Source: Anolis carolinensis
Taxonomy: Eukaryota
Direction: 5' to 3'
DNA length: 64,000 nt
Assembly: GCF_035594765.1 (NCBI RefSeq)
Contig: NC_085844.1
Span: forward strand, 31,077,923 to 31,141,922
Shown here: positions 50,716-64,000 of the stretch, in pieces
Layout of the letters: each line of letters opens with the position of its first letter
How positions within the stretch are numbered: the stretch's first letter is position 1
Position numbers and translations under genes: made by a program
Notes under the pieces: generated by a model
What the model was told of the DNA's origin: nothing
Databases searched by the model: none
The model's input: only the letters and a program-made list of their open reading frames with translations

Positions 50716-51084
50716 CTGTATTTAGCAGTGAAGGAAAGAATACCAAATTAAGGAAAATGTTTTTTGAGATATTGAAAGTACATAAAGTCATATATACTGG
50801 GTTTTATAAGATGTTCAGAGAAATAATTACTGGTTATATTTTTTAAAGAAAAAACTCAACTTTCAACAAAATAGTAGGAAGAAAAGGTTCTAGCCTTTTT
50901 CTCAAGAGTCTCACTGGTAGATAATTCCTTCTGAATCAAGTTCATTTGATACAACAGCCACTAACCAATCACAGACTATTTGAAGAGATGATAAGTGGCT
51001 GTGAAGGGATTACCTGCACACACACACACACACTGCTGCAAAGGTAAATAATCTACTTGTTACTTAGCAGTATGCAAAAGATAC

Positions 51085-51186
51085 AATAATGTGCCGATCT
51101 GATGGATTTCGCTGACGTGTCCTTTCAAGCTGAGACAACTGTTTTGCTTCTCGATTCCTTGCTGTTAACGTTGCTTTGAGATCCTC
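51085..51186 (-). CDS. CIBAR1: CIBAR1 exon 4
   Basis: gcag|EDLKATLTARNREAKQLSQLERTRQRNPSDRHII|gtatctttt. Confidence 0.92.
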
Positions 51187-51540
51187 CTGCAATTATATTC
51201 ATAAGATAGAATCTGTGTTACAACAGAGAATTTCAGAAGGTATTACTATTGTTATTGTTATTTCTTCTCTTTTTTTCTTTCAAGACTGAGATCCGAATCT
51301 ACTCACAACCTTTAAAACCATACAATTTAAAAAGGTACAGATTAAAAACGTGTGAGTTCTTGATAACTAATGTACTAATCAATCAACACAGTAAGCATTC
51401 AACTTTATCTAATAAAAAGGCACGCACTTAAGACTATTAATCAATTAGATTATATATTACAGCCAAACATTACTGCTTCCAAATTAAACATACCTGCATT
51501 AAAAAACTGGGCAATTACAAGCATCACATAAAAGCAATTA

Positions 51541-51869
51541 AAAAGGTAAAGGTTTCCCCTGACGTTAAGTACAGTCATGCCTGACTCTGGGGGTTGGTGC
51601 TCATCTCTATTTCTAAGCCGAAGAGCCGGCGTTGTCTGTAGACACCTCCAAGGTCATGTAGCCGGCATGACTGCATGGAGCGCCGTTACCTTCCCGCCGG
51701 AGCAGCACCTATTGATCTACTCACATTGGCATGTTTTTGAACTGCTAGGTTGGCAGGAGCTGGAGCTAACAGCGGCCGCTCCTGCTGCTCCCGGGGTTTG
51801 AATCTGGGACCTTTTGGTCTGCAAGTTCAGCAGCTCAGCGCTTTAACACACTTCGCCACCGGGGCTCCT
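51541..51869 (-). mobile_element. Sauria SINE
   Basis: AAAGGTAAAGGT tail on the left; reverse complement of the family body. Confidence 0.9.
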
Positions 51870-52517
51870 ATATAAAAGCAATAGCCCCTTCCTATTGATG
51901 TTCTCCAGCAACTAGTATTTAAAAATGTATTCACTGACATATTTTTACTTATTTGTCAGATCCCTTTTTATGACAGTCTAGATTAATGAAAACATGTCAC
52001 TCACGTAGGCCCTTTTATCTTATTACGGTGCAAGCTAGCCATCCTGGTAGTCTCTATTCAATCACAATTTAGTGCAAGTAAGGAAACAACTGTGATCACG
52101 AGGAAATGAAACTATGATTTTATGTTAATTTAATATTTCAGTGATATAATGCTGGTAATGTTAGTTTCATAGTTGGAAACCAAGAAATTCGTTAACTAAG
52201 AGCTTTCTGGATTAATTTGCTTGTACTTCAAATGATCTCTATTACCCATTTGTTTGTTTTATATTAAGTAACATACAATAACAAAATGTATCCATTGTAT
52301 AAAAGCAGGCCTGGCTCTTTTGAATTCTATGCCATTCAGCTTCAGTGGATGAGACCAGGTCCATGTCTGGAAAATGTAATGAAATGCTCTGTTCACAGAT
52401 ACCAGAACTGATTTATTTGATGTTTTTATACTTAAAACAATGCTTAGATATTTGGAGATGTCTTCTCTGAAAGGAACTACCTTAAATATACATAGGAAAA
52501 TAAAATTCATCACCTAC

Positions 52518-52586
52518 TCTTTTAAGTTTTATGATTGTCCCATAACATTTCAGAGGCTCAACTACTTTAGCTTCAAGTCTTTCTAC
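52518..52586 (-). CDS. CIBAR1: CIBAR1 exon 3
   Basis: ttacag|VERLEAKVVEPLKCYGTIIKLKR|gtaggt. Confidence 0.93.
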
Positions 52587-53355
52587 CTGTAAGAAGAAGT
52601 GATGAACAATAATTTTAACAAATCATCTTGACTATGAAACTTTTATATCAGGGAAACTGACAAAACAATTAATGGTTGAAGAATACCTAAAGTTCTGTGT
52701 AAGGAAATCCAAACTGGCTCTCAGTATGACACATATTAAATCTGTGCATTTTGTTACTGAAGGTACAGTTGATCAATGTTTAAGTAATATATTAAATTGC
52801 AAAACAACTGAAGTGTCAGGAAAAACACCTTTTTATAATGCTGAGGAAATATGTATTAATATACAATGATGATGATAAATTGATTTATTACCCGCCTCTC
52901 CCAGTGGCTTAAGGCAGGGTACAACAAAGTCAAAAACACATAAACATAAAATATATACAATTAATTACACAGATAAAAACATAAACATATATAAAACTTG
53001 CACCAAACATAGCTACAGAATTAACCCAGAGTCCCCGTTGGGGAGATGGTGGCGGGGTATAAATAAAGTTTATTATTATTATTATTATTATTATTAACAT
53101 ATTGCAATAGAATATATACAATGTAATATATAAAAGTAACATGTAGAAGGAGAACTATGCTTAATAGTTTCTCATTTCTTTTTCCATTAATCCATCAAAA
53201 TCAAATAACCAGGACTTTAAGATGCAACATACTATTAGCTTCATCAACTGTGCCAGTTAATGTATTATGATCAAAGTTTGATTTGTGTAGATACTGCAAA
53301 ATTCAAAAATACCTTGTCATTAGTAGGAGAAAAAGCAATTACTGTATCTTAAAGA

Positions 53356-53673
53356 GGAGCCCCTGATGGCGCAGTGGATTAAACTGCTGAGTTGCTGAAC
53401 TTACTGACCGAAAGGTCGGCGGTTTGAATCCAGGGAGCGGAGTGAACTCCCGCTGTCAGCTCCAGCTTCTACCAACCTAGCAGTTTGAAAACATGTAAAT
53501 GTGAGTAGATCAATAGACATCACTTCGGTGAGAAGGTAACGGCGCTCCATGCCATCATGCTGGCCACATGACCTTGAAGGGGTCTACAGATAATGCCGGC
53601 TCTTCAGCTTAGAAATGGAGATGAGCACTAACCCGCTAGACTAGACTTCATGTCAGGGGGAAACCTTTACCTT
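53356..53673 (+). mobile_element. Sauria SINE
   Basis: Head GGAGCCCCTGATGGCGCAG; ACCTTTACCTT tail; flanking repeat TATCTTAAAGA. Confidence 0.9.
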
Positions 53674-53978
53674 ATATCTTAAAGAATTTGCTGTAGTTGG
53701 TTTATTAACAGATCTTGTTGTTTCCTAGGGTTGGATCCAGAATAACACAGAAATCAACATTAAAAGCTAGTCAACTTGCCCATTAATGTGTGTATATTGT
53801 AATGGAAACCCATCAACCAGTAAGATGGAGCCCTTCACACTCACCCATTTCTTCTGGCAAATATTGGGGTGTTGTAACAGGGACTTTATTGTACAAATTG
53901 AAGTCTTTTTTTCTTTTGCAATGCTGAATGTATCATATAGCTAACCACCTTTGATTCCACCTGTTTAGTCTAAATTGC

Positions 53979-54265
53979 TTTTTTTCGTGTCAGGAATGAC
54001 TTGAAAAACTGCAAGTGGCTTCTGGTGTGAGAGAATTGGCCATCTGCAAGGACATTGCCCAGGGACGCCTGGATGTTTTGATGTTTTACCATCCATGTGG
54101 GAGGCTTATCTCATGTTCCCGCATGGAGCTGGAGCTGATAGAGGGAGCTCATCCGCGCTCTCCCCAGGTTGGATTCGAACCAGCAACCTTCAGGTCAGCA
54201 ACCCAACCTTCAAGTCATCAGTCCTGCCAGCACAAGGGTTTAACCCACTGTGCCACTGGGGGCTT
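53979..54265 (-). mobile_element. tRNA-derived SINE
   Basis: Reverse complement of the 44277-44551 family. Confidence 0.8.
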
Positions 54266-54367
54266 CTAGCCCCCGGTCTAAACTGCTTAAAGGTACGCAC
54301 TGAAAAAATAGGCAGTAATTTAAGGTATTAATATTCTACAACAAAGTGCACAAATGAAATCATATAC

Positions 54368-54602
54368 CTCTGCCTGGCGATAATCCTGAAGTTTGGAAAA
54401 CTCATTTGCAAAATTTTTCAGCCCAAGCTTTAAATTTGGAGTCTCTGTAGCTGCGTATGCATGTATCTCATTTACTAGAAGATCTGCTTTGTCTCGTAGT
54501 CTGGCAGTTTTTCGTACATATCCTGCAAATATTTGACACAGTTCTCCAAAATGTTTTTCCACATTAGTTACAGCTTCTCGTGCTTGTTTTGTCTGATTGT
54601 CC
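54368..54602 (-). CDS. CIBAR1: CIBAR1 exon 2 (BAR domain)
   Basis: NVEKHFGELCQIFAGYVRKTARLRDKADLLVNEI...LQDYRQAE closely matches human FAM92A1; ag/gt borders, 235 nt. Confidence 0.95.
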
Positions 54603-55784
54603 CTAGACAGAAAAAGTTAAAACAGAAAGGTCAGAGAACATGTCATCAGGCTACAAAGTTGACAATACCTGCAGTTAGTTTAATCTTTGCTTGTTTAAAG
54701 TGAAGTAACAACAGACATTTAGATATAAAATGTACCCTATTAATAATGGATCTAGCTGAATAATAGTCTTTTAGGTACATATATATTTTAATGAGAAGTA
54801 CTACTAGTAGAAAAATCACTTTTCAAGGAATGCCTCATTCTGCATTCATATTATCAATGACAAATGTATTCCCTTAAGGGAAACATGTGAAAATATTTCA
54901 TTTTGTCCTACAAAGCCTTGTGCGGAAGGACAGGTTGAAAGTGTTTCTTGGAATCATCCACTGAACTTCAATCTACAATTTCTATGTCTAAAATCGTATT
55001 TACAGTGGGACGGTGGTATCTGCTGGGGATCCTCTGTTGATACCAAAATCCATGAATAATTGGATTTAATTGGATAATAATCCATGAATAACCCCATTGT
55101 ATTGAATGATGTAGTAAAATATTCTCCCATAAATAAAATCAAGGGAGGAGGATATTTTCAAACTATGTATGGTTGAATCCGTAGTTAAGAAATCTGTATA
55201 TGGAGGGCTGACCCTACCAGCTCTTTGTGTACTTTTGTCTGTAATTCATTGACTAGATTGACTATTGGTGTTATTATATTCTCTATAAGAATTTTATAGA
55301 ACACATTTAAAATTGAAAGGCATACCATGTACCACTGAAACAAAATCCTTAAAATATAAGTATGTAGTTAAAAGAGCATAGAATGAAACACCTGACTGAT
55401 CCAAATTACTCAAAATATAACCCAGTTCACTGGATGGTTTCCCACTGGCAAGATGTTTACACTGCTATCAGATTTTCAAGCTTTGAGTTCTATGCAATAG
55501 TTGTGCATCTTCCACAGGGAGAACTGTATGGAGTTATCTAGGTTAATTCTAGGAAGAAAGGGGGTAACAGCATCAAAGACCATTTCGGCTTGCCTATTCT
55601 GAAGGGGGTATTACTAGATCTGGAGAACGTGGGAGAGATTTAAGCAATAAGCTGCCCAGAAAATGTGGCTGTGTTTCCAGTATATGTCCCAAAACACAAG
55701 AATGGCAAACCTGCAATCCTGAGGATGAACACTTTTAAAGGTAGTGATGATATACTGAAATATTTCCAGCTTCCTGTAGATTGC

Positions 55785-56037
55785 TTTTTTGGTGTCAGAA
55801 GTGACTTGAGAAACTGCAAGTCACTTTTGGTGAGAGAATTGGCTGTCTGAAAGGACGTTGCCCAGGGGACACCCAGATGTTTTACCATCCTGTGGGAGGC
55901 TTCTCTCATGTCCCCACATGGGAAGCTGGAGCTGACAGATGAGAGCTCACCCTGCTCCCCAGATTTGAACTGCAGACCTTTTGTTCAGCAGTCCTGCTGG
56001 CATAAGGGCTTAACCCAATTGTGCCACATGGGGCTCC
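55785..56037 (-). mobile_element. tRNA-derived SINE
   Basis: Same family as 53979-54265. Confidence 0.75.
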
Positions 56038-57218
56038 TGTGGATTGCTGAAAGAACGTGAATTTCTGGAAGGTCTCAGAATGCACTGAGAGTGCCTCTAC
56101 ACTGTAGAATTAATGCAGTTTGGGCACTTTTAATTGCCATGCCTCAGTAGTATAGAATCCTGGGAGTTGTGGTTTGGTGAGGCACCGTCCTTCTTTGGCA
56201 GAGAAGGCTCAAGAACCTGTAAAACTACAACTCCCAAGATTCCATAGCATTACGTCATGACAGTTAAAAGCGATGTCAAATTGCTTTAAATCTTGTTTTA
56301 CAAAGCCTTGAGTCTTCTCTGCCTTTGGTGCCTCCAAACTACATATCCCAAGATTCCACAGCCTTGAGCCATGGCAGTGAAAGTGGAATCCAGCAGCATT
56401 AATTCTATAGTGTAGATGCACCCTAATAGAGTTGGAGCAAAGAAGTGTCTTCTGCATTATGTTCACTGAAAAGGTGCTGGTCTTGGCCTATAAAGACCTA
56501 AACGGTTCTGGTCCAATTTACCTGTTTGAATACATCTCCTCCTATGAGCCAACAAGAGCTTTAAGATCAGCTGGGGAGGCCCTGTTCTCAATCCCACCTT
56601 CTTCGATGGGGGATTGGTGGGGACAAGAGCCTTCTCAGTGGTGGCCCCTCAGTTGTGGAACTCCCTTCCCAGTGACATTAGACTGGCTCTATCTCTCCTG
56701 GCTTTAAAAAAAGGTTGACTCTTTACACAAGCGTTTGAAGAAGACATTATGGATTTCGAAACAGTCTGAATAAGAATTATGAGGAAGGATTACAGATAAA
56801 TGGAATTTTGCACTTTATGTTTTAAATCTCTGGGTTGTTGTGTGTTTTCCAGGCTGTATGGCCATGTTCCAGAAGCATTCTGAGGTTTCGCCCACATCTA
56901 TGGCAGGCATCCTCAGAGGTTGTGAGATATAGCCGCCTTGAGTCCCCTCCGGGGTGAGAAAAGCGGGGTAAAAATGTCGGGGGGAAAACCCCCCCCCCCC
57001 AAAAAACAAAAAAACCCCGAACTCAAGTGATGGAGGCAAGCCTTCACCGCGCATGCGCATACAAGACGTGACTCCCTCGCAGGCCTGAAGGCCGACAGAC
57101 TTCTTTGGGTCTCTCGGATACAAACCCTCCCCAGCCTAAACTGACGCCCCGTATCCCTTCCACTCGAAGAGGCCCGGCCCCCTGCCTTCTAGCTGTTCCC
57201 TTTCTACGGAGCGCTTAC

Positions 57219-57250
57219 CGGGCATCCAGCCCTCGGCCCAGCATCAACAT
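57219..57250 (-). CDS. CIBAR1: CIBAR1 exon 1 coding part
   Basis: gccgccATG TTG ATG CTG GGC CGA GGG CTG GAT GCC CG|gtaagc; phase fits exon 2; CpG island. Confidence 0.85.
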
Positions 57251-57339
57251 GGCGGCAGCAACAGCAACAGCAGCCAAGGCAGCGCGAGGGCGACCGTTCG
57301 GCAAAAGAGCCAGGCGCGCGCTGGCTGGGCTGCCAGACC

Positions 57340-57353
57340 GTTCCCATGGAAAC
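57340..57353. promoter_or_regulatory. RFX X-box in the CIBAR1 promoter/5'UTR
   Basis: Near-palindromic GTTCCCATGGAAAC 90 nt upstream of the ATG; NRF1 site CGCGCATGCGCA at 57048-57059 in intron 1. Confidence 0.6.
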
Positions 57354-59292
57354 CGAGCAGCGCCGCCTCCGCGAGGCGAGGCCTAGGCCCCCTTCCAAGC
57401 CTCCCACGCAGCCTCCCTTCCTCTGTTTATGGCTTCGTTTTAAACTGTCGTTTTTGTTATATATATACTGCCTTCTCTGGTTAAAGCCTTCTCTGTCTCA
57501 TCTCAAAACAAAATATTACAAACAATCCTCTCAGGAGTGTCCTAGGCTGCAGTTTGACACCACTTTAACTGCCATGACTTAATACTATGAAATCATGGGA
57601 GCTGTAGTTTTACAAAGTCTTTAGCTTTTTCTGCCAAAGAATGCTGGGGCCTCACCAAACTACAACTCCCATGATTACATAGCATCGAGGCATGTCAGTT
57701 CAAGTTGCTTCAGATGTCATTCATTCAACAGTGTGGAGCAAATTTGGGCCCTCCAAGTGTTTTGGATTCCAACTCACAATTTCAAACAGCCTTCAAGTGT
57801 TAGGAATTGTGGGGGTTAAAGTTCCAAGACACCTGAATGGCTGAATTGTTGGAAATGACAATCATCTTCAAGGCTTCTATATAATGTGTGTTCACCTGTG
57901 ATCCTGTTGTTTACTGTTTCCTGTACTAGGCTTAATATCAAGGGGAAACCTTTGCCTGTACCTTTTACATATTTAATAAAGGCTATAATTAACAACTTGG
58001 TGTCCTTAAGCTAAAGTCACTTGATATCATATACATAGGACATTTGGTATTTAGATGTGTACATCTCCAAATAAACATAGGGATTATTTGTTAACATATA
58101 TCTGACAAATCTGTTCTTATGCATGTCCTTATCTACACGCTTCACAATTTTTTCCCCTGCAAGTATAAACTTCAACAGTTTGAGTGAAACAACAATTCCA
58201 CTATTAAATCCACAATACTGGAACTCCTTTCAGACACTTGATAACAGCTGATTTTTCTTGAAAGTTTCTTTGAATTAATTTTCTCTGGTGAGGGGGATGT
58301 AAATTTTTAATAAACTTTAGTACGATCTGTACATTTTAAAATGTTTCTTCCACACACTTTGTTATGATTAAAGTTTATTTTATAATTATTTTATTAATCA
58401 TAGTCATCAAGTGGGCCAAGGCACCCCCTACATATATGGAGAGAATAAGCAGAGAATCGAGAAAGAAACATGATTTCTCTTTTTCCTAAACTCAAAAGGG
58501 AATAGGACCCAAGAGTTCTCAGTTCCCGGTCCCTAGGACAGATGGCATATGGCTTGCTCACAAAATCTTGAAATATTGCTTTTAATTTACTGACCTTAAT
58601 CGTTTTCCCTTTTCAAAAACACATATTAGTGCAAAAGAATAGACTTAATTTTATTCTTAATTATCAGAGTACATCATTTCAGTACCTAAACTCTGTACAG
58701 ATGGAAAATGTTAGCTTTTAGTCAGCGACAATTAGAAAATTATGAATTAATTGAAGGCAACAAATCAGAACTCACATAAAGTAGCATATGAGAGGGGAGG
58801 CCAGTTTGGGTGAGAGTATTCCTTGCAGGTATTTTGTTATGCCACCAAATACCATAATGAAACTCTGATGTCTTAATTAATGAATGTTATTATATTATGT
58901 GCTTTGAACAGAGAACCCTTAGATACATGTGCTTAACAAGACAGCATTCACAGTTAAGAATTCCATAAGTGAGTGTAGGTTTAAAATGACAGAAATCACT
59001 ATTGGTACTCGATTTGAAGAACTGGGTATATAATCCATGAAAGATTGTGTGAAAATAAAAACCAGTTAGGGTTCATCTACACTGCAGAATTTATACAATT
59101 TGACACCACTTAACAGCCATGGCTAAATGCTATGGAATCTTGGGAACTGCAGTTTTACAAGCTCTTGATTTTCTCTAGTTCACCAAACTACAACTCATAG
59201 GAAACAATGTCTCTTCTGGAGCTGGCGACTGCCACAGGTCTTCCTTGGTCCTCCTCCAGAAAGCCATCTGGACTTCCCACCATGGTCTAAAT

Positions 59293-59469
59293 CAGGCATG
59301 GGCAAACTTTGGCCCTCCAGGTGTTTTGGACTTCAACTCCTACAATCCATAATAGTCTACTGGCTGTTTTGGACTTCAACTCCCACAATCCCTAATAGTC
59401 TACTGGCTGTTAGGAATTGTGGGAGTTGGAGTCCAAAATACCTGGAGGGCCAAAGTTTGACCATGCCTG
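59293..59469. mobile_element. hAT MITE (CAGGCATGGG family)
   Basis: TIRs with 8-bp TSD GTCTAAAT. Confidence 0.88.
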
Positions 59470-62019
59470 GTCTAAATGCACTCTATCAGAGTTCATAGAT
59501 TTTGCCGGGGGGGGGGGGGGGGGGGTGGTGGTGGTCTTAGGCTTGACATCACTTTGAACTGGGTTATATCAGTCCACACTGCCATATAATGCATGTAAAT
59601 GTGGATTTTATACAGCTCTGTAGGAGATGCCTTAGTTGGTTTTTTTCAGGGAGAGAACCATTTAGGAGTGGTAAGAGAATGGCGAGAACCACAAATCCTT
59701 CTGGAAAAGCCTCCAGAATGCTTATAAAAAGTAACATTTACAAGTAACTTTACACCAATAAAGTAATGTTGTTCCTTCTCATATTGCTTCTGAAATGTAG
59801 CATTGGCCTACTCCTGTGACAAAGATTAGAGTAAGATAACTTGTAACATGATGCTGGCAATTTCCTGATTCTCAACTGACACTCTTTAAATTTTCAGCTC
59901 ACATTCTAAGTTACTTCAATACAAGAACTTTGGGGAATGAAGGAAAAAATCATGTCGGGGAGAATGGAAAATTCCTTTTTGGGAAGGGGCAATGGCTTCA
60001 ATTTGTTCCCCCACCTGCCTTTATCAAAAGCAGACATCAACAGCAGATCTGTTTTATTTATGCATCTGCATGCATCCTTGTCTTACAAACTATTCTGTTC
60101 ACAGTAAGGACAGCTGTATATTAGTGAGAGCTGTTGCTGTCTAGTTTTTTTTGTATATGTTTTATTCAGTGGAACTTTGATCTATCATGCATCTCTCTAG
60201 CCTGAATCCAGCTTTCTCTGCTGTCAAAAATGCTATTCTGCCTGCTCTTCCATTTAAAGCACCAATGATACATTTAGAAGCCTTGTGAAGGATACACATG
60301 TGTTTGCAATTTGAGGGTCAGTTTAACTACCCTTTCTGTGTTTGGAAATCATTATGTTATATTTCCAGCAAAAATGCATTTGGATTCATTCTGGAAGGAG
60401 TTTCTTAAAAAGAGCAATCTGGATCCAATTATGTAATTGGTGGTTGCACATATTCAGAGTTAGGACCATGATAATATCCATTAGATTTTTTTTCTTGCAG
60501 AAGCATTTGCACAAACTTGATAAACAAGTAGTTCTGCAAGAGCTAGTTCACTGGTGGCACATCCCTTGTCCAGTTGCTTTGCACAATTGCATGTACACAG
60601 CTGCAATCAAATTCAACTGCATTTGTGGGAATTTTCACTGCTAGCATTAAACTGGCATACAGTAGATTCTCAGGCCCCATCAACACTGACATATAGCCCA
60701 GTTTTTGAATCCAGGTTATCTGCTTTGAACTGTGTAGATTCATATAATCCAGTTTAAAGAAAATACTTTGCATTCAGAAACTGGATTATATGGCAGTGTA
60801 AATCCATCCTCATTTAACTGGCACCCATGGGTAAATGTAAGTTCTGATTGCTTGAGAATAAGCTTAACTAATACTATCACCATAGTATACCATAAACACT
60901 ATATTTACTTGATATTAATATTGAAATAAAGTAATTAAAAGCAAATTAAGACAAATAAAGATAAGCCTAATTTAAGGAAATAAAATTTTACTGTATTATA
61001 AAAATAGCTTTGTGAATGCAGTATGATTACCTTTGATTCCCCCCTTCAGTTGCTTGAGAGTTTCAGTTGCTTGAGTTCTCGTTAACTGAGAGTCAACTGC
61101 ATATACCTGTAAGAGATATGTTAAATCTCTATTTTTATATTGCTATTCAGTCTTTACTAACAAGTCCACCCTAATTATACCTCAGGACCAGTTGCTTTGT
61201 ATAAAGACTGGAATCCTGCATTGGGATATACATCTGTCATGCACTTATGTTTCCTGGTGCTCCCTGCACAAACTGTCTTTTTAAGTGATGCATGACATTT
61301 TTGTGCTGTTGGAAAGTAGAGGAACCAATAGAAACGCTTCCAGCTATTTTCCTACAGATGGACATGTTGCAACAGGTATCTGCATGATGATCTGAGGATC
61401 CTTTGGAGATCTTTATAGATGACATTCTTGCAGCCCATCCTGCCACAGGGAAATAGCTGCACATGCCTCTGCTGATCTGGTGACGCACAAATGGTCATGT
61501 TGTTGTTGTGTTGTATTTCAAAAAGAATGGATGGGGGAGATTTTGCTTGTCACACAATCAGTAAACAATTACAACATTTGCTATAACAAAAGAGTGGGTT
61601 ATGATAGCACAAGTTGGATGTCTGCTATTGTAACTCACTACAAAGTGCTGATAAAGTACATGTGGATCCTTGCTGTGGTGTACCTTCAAGTCATTTCTGA
61701 CTTTTGATGACCCTAAGATGAACATATCACAGGGTTTTCTTGCACATTCATTCAGAGGGAAATGGTTTATGCCTCCTTCTGAGGCTGGAAGGGTGTGACT
61801 TATTGAAGGTCACCCTGTGGATTTCCATGACTGAACAGGGATTTGAACCCTGGTATCTCAGAGTTGTAGTCTAACATTCGGACCACTACACCGTGCTAGA
61901 AAGTCCTTCAAATTGAACATCATTCTGGAATGCATTTATCTTGAAAAAAAATCTACCATTGGGCATGTGACATGGAAATAACAAGGCATGCGTTTTTTTG
62001 TCCATTTGGAATAAAGCTC

Positions 62020-62353
62020 CAGCTTCCCCGGTGGCGAAGTGTGTTAAAGCACTGAGCTGCTGAACTTGCAGACCGAAAGGTCCCAGGTTCAAATCCGGGG
62101 AGCGGAATGAGCGCCCACTATTAGCTCCAGCTTCTGCCAACCTAGCAGTTCGAAAACATGTCAATGTGAGTAGATCAATAGGTACCGCTCTGGCGGGAAG
62201 GTAACGGGGCTCCATGCAGTCATGCCGGCCAAATGAACTTGGAGGTGTCTACGAACAACGCCCGCTCTTCGGACTTAGAAATGGAGATGAGCAACAACCC
62301 CAGAGTTGGACATGACTGGACTTAACGTCAGGGGAAACCTTTACCTTTACCTT
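62020..62353 (+). mobile_element. Sauria SINE
   Basis: Full body and (ACCTTT)3 tail. Confidence 0.9.
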
Positions 62354-63416
62354 TTTTTGTGAACATCAACATATACTGTATATAAATTTTGGCTGGGATC
62401 TTGCATCACTGTAATGTGCAAGTTTATGATGACAAAGTTATGTTGCTGATATGATAGGTAATGCTTCTAGTTAATTGTGATAATGCACAGCAGGGCACTT
62501 TACAAGACATCCTCTTGTGCAACAAGGGCTTCAAGGGAGCAACATACCACAACAAGCAACATGTCTCATTTTGCAGTGGAATACATTTTGTGCACCAGGA
62601 TTATTGTGCAATCGTTACACTGTTAGTGCCATGCAGTCATCCCAGATGTATATTATCTACATCTCTAGTGCCCCCCATTGAGAATGTAAGCTTTATGCTA
62701 CATTGAGATTCACCTTTACCTTATCCCAATTCAGTTTATGATGATGTAAAATGCCTAACAGGATGACAGCTTTCATAATAAAAATGCAGAATTAAATATT
62801 ATAGTATGAAGGGATAAACTGATTACACTGCATTAACTTTGGCTGCTTTTGCTGTGATATTGGAATCTTTTAAAACTTTACTTAAGAGGGTGTGAAGAGG
62901 CTGAAGTGCTTGCTTGCATTGCATTAATTTTCTCTCTGTATTAAATTTCACAGTGGTTGACACTGGGTGGTGCTGTTGCCTAAGGTCCCTCAATGCCCAT
63001 CCCTCAGCTGAGAAATACCTAGCATTGTTGTTAGTTAAGAGTTTCAGGGGAGGGGGTCTTGGGAACAACAGGAGAGCTTGTCTTGGCTTCTGATCAGAGC
63101 AAAATCAGAATAACAGTTGCACGCCAGTGTTACTGTCAGCCTGAGTTTCCTGAAAGAAGAATGCCTGGATACTTTGCCATTTTCTTCTTTGTTCCTTCTT
63201 CCTAAACTTGTACATCTCTTTAGGCAGCATCTGTTACACTTGTATCTTCTTCACATCACAGCTACATCATCCATTTTACTAGTTGTAAGATCTAGAAGAG
63301 GTGTTCCTGTCTCAAAAGTTGATAATATACAAGCTGGCAGTTTGTTTCTTGAATGTAGTACTTGTAATAGCTGATATATTTTTAAAAAAAATCATAGCAC
63401 TTTTAATTTTTATTAG

Positions 63417-63465
<49 letters not shown>

Positions 63466-63750
63466 TAATGAGGCAGGAAGCAGCCAGGCTTTGAAGTTGC
63501 AAGGCTATTCAGTGCTAATCAAGGTGGCCAATTGCAACATTCACACTTGACTCAAACAGAGTTCTTTCTCCTGGACATTCCACAGATATAGAAACCCCAC
63601 TTTCCCAGTTTCCAACAGACCTCACAACCTCTGAGGACGTCTGCTATCGATGTAGGCAAAACATAAGGAGAAAATGCTTCTGGAACATGACCATACAGCC
63701 CAGAAAACTCACAACCACCCAGTGATTCTGGCCACGAAAGCCTTCGACAA
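63417..63750 (+). mobile_element. (TAA)n microsatellite followed by a Penelope-like fragment
   Basis: About 17 TAA units, then sequence homologous to ~10315-10579. Confidence 0.7.
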
Positions 63751-64000
63751 CACAACAATAATAATAACAACAATGTTTTATATACCGTGCTTTACCTCTC
63801 CCGAAGGAGACTCAAAGTGGCTTACAATTAAAAGTATGACCACACAATTTAAAATATACAAATATGCAAACATTAAAACAGAATTAAACACAACAGTTTT
63901 TAAAATTCACAGTTAAAATCTATTAAAACATATTCAAAACTAAGTTAAAACAACATTGTGAATATTTGTCCTGAGTATAAGATATTAACAAACAGCAAAA

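Noticed and set aside
60300-63400. Short ORFs upstream of CIBAR1
   Set aside because: No recognisable domain or consistent exon structure

Overview
Vertebrate genomic DNA, most likely an anole lizard or related squamate, judged from Sauria SINEs, Anolis-type hAT and Tc1 MITEs, Penelope fragments and an L1. It covers the conserved TMEM67(-) / RBM12B(+) / CIBAR1=FAM92A(-) block. The left ~40 kb is a tandem array with at least three open RBM12B copies: <1-1931 (5' end outside the window), 16676-18868 and 30934-33126. Two near-identical segments ~14.26 kb apart each carry an orphan TMEM67 5' end (X-box promoter plus intact exons 1-2). Each is joined, at the same base, to a degenerate DIRS-like retrotransposon in the RBM12B 3' flank. 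The copies are mosaics of each other: the non-coding DNA is ~0.2% diverged, the 3' two-thirds of the CDS ~1.8%, and RRM2 motif residues differ. The right part holds a complete 9-exon CIBAR1 (296 aa by manual splicing). It includes a U12-type intron followed by a 6-nt microexon, and a 4.45-kb L1 with a 16-bp TSD. All counts were made by eye, and gene and TE names rest on recalled sequences rather than database searches.
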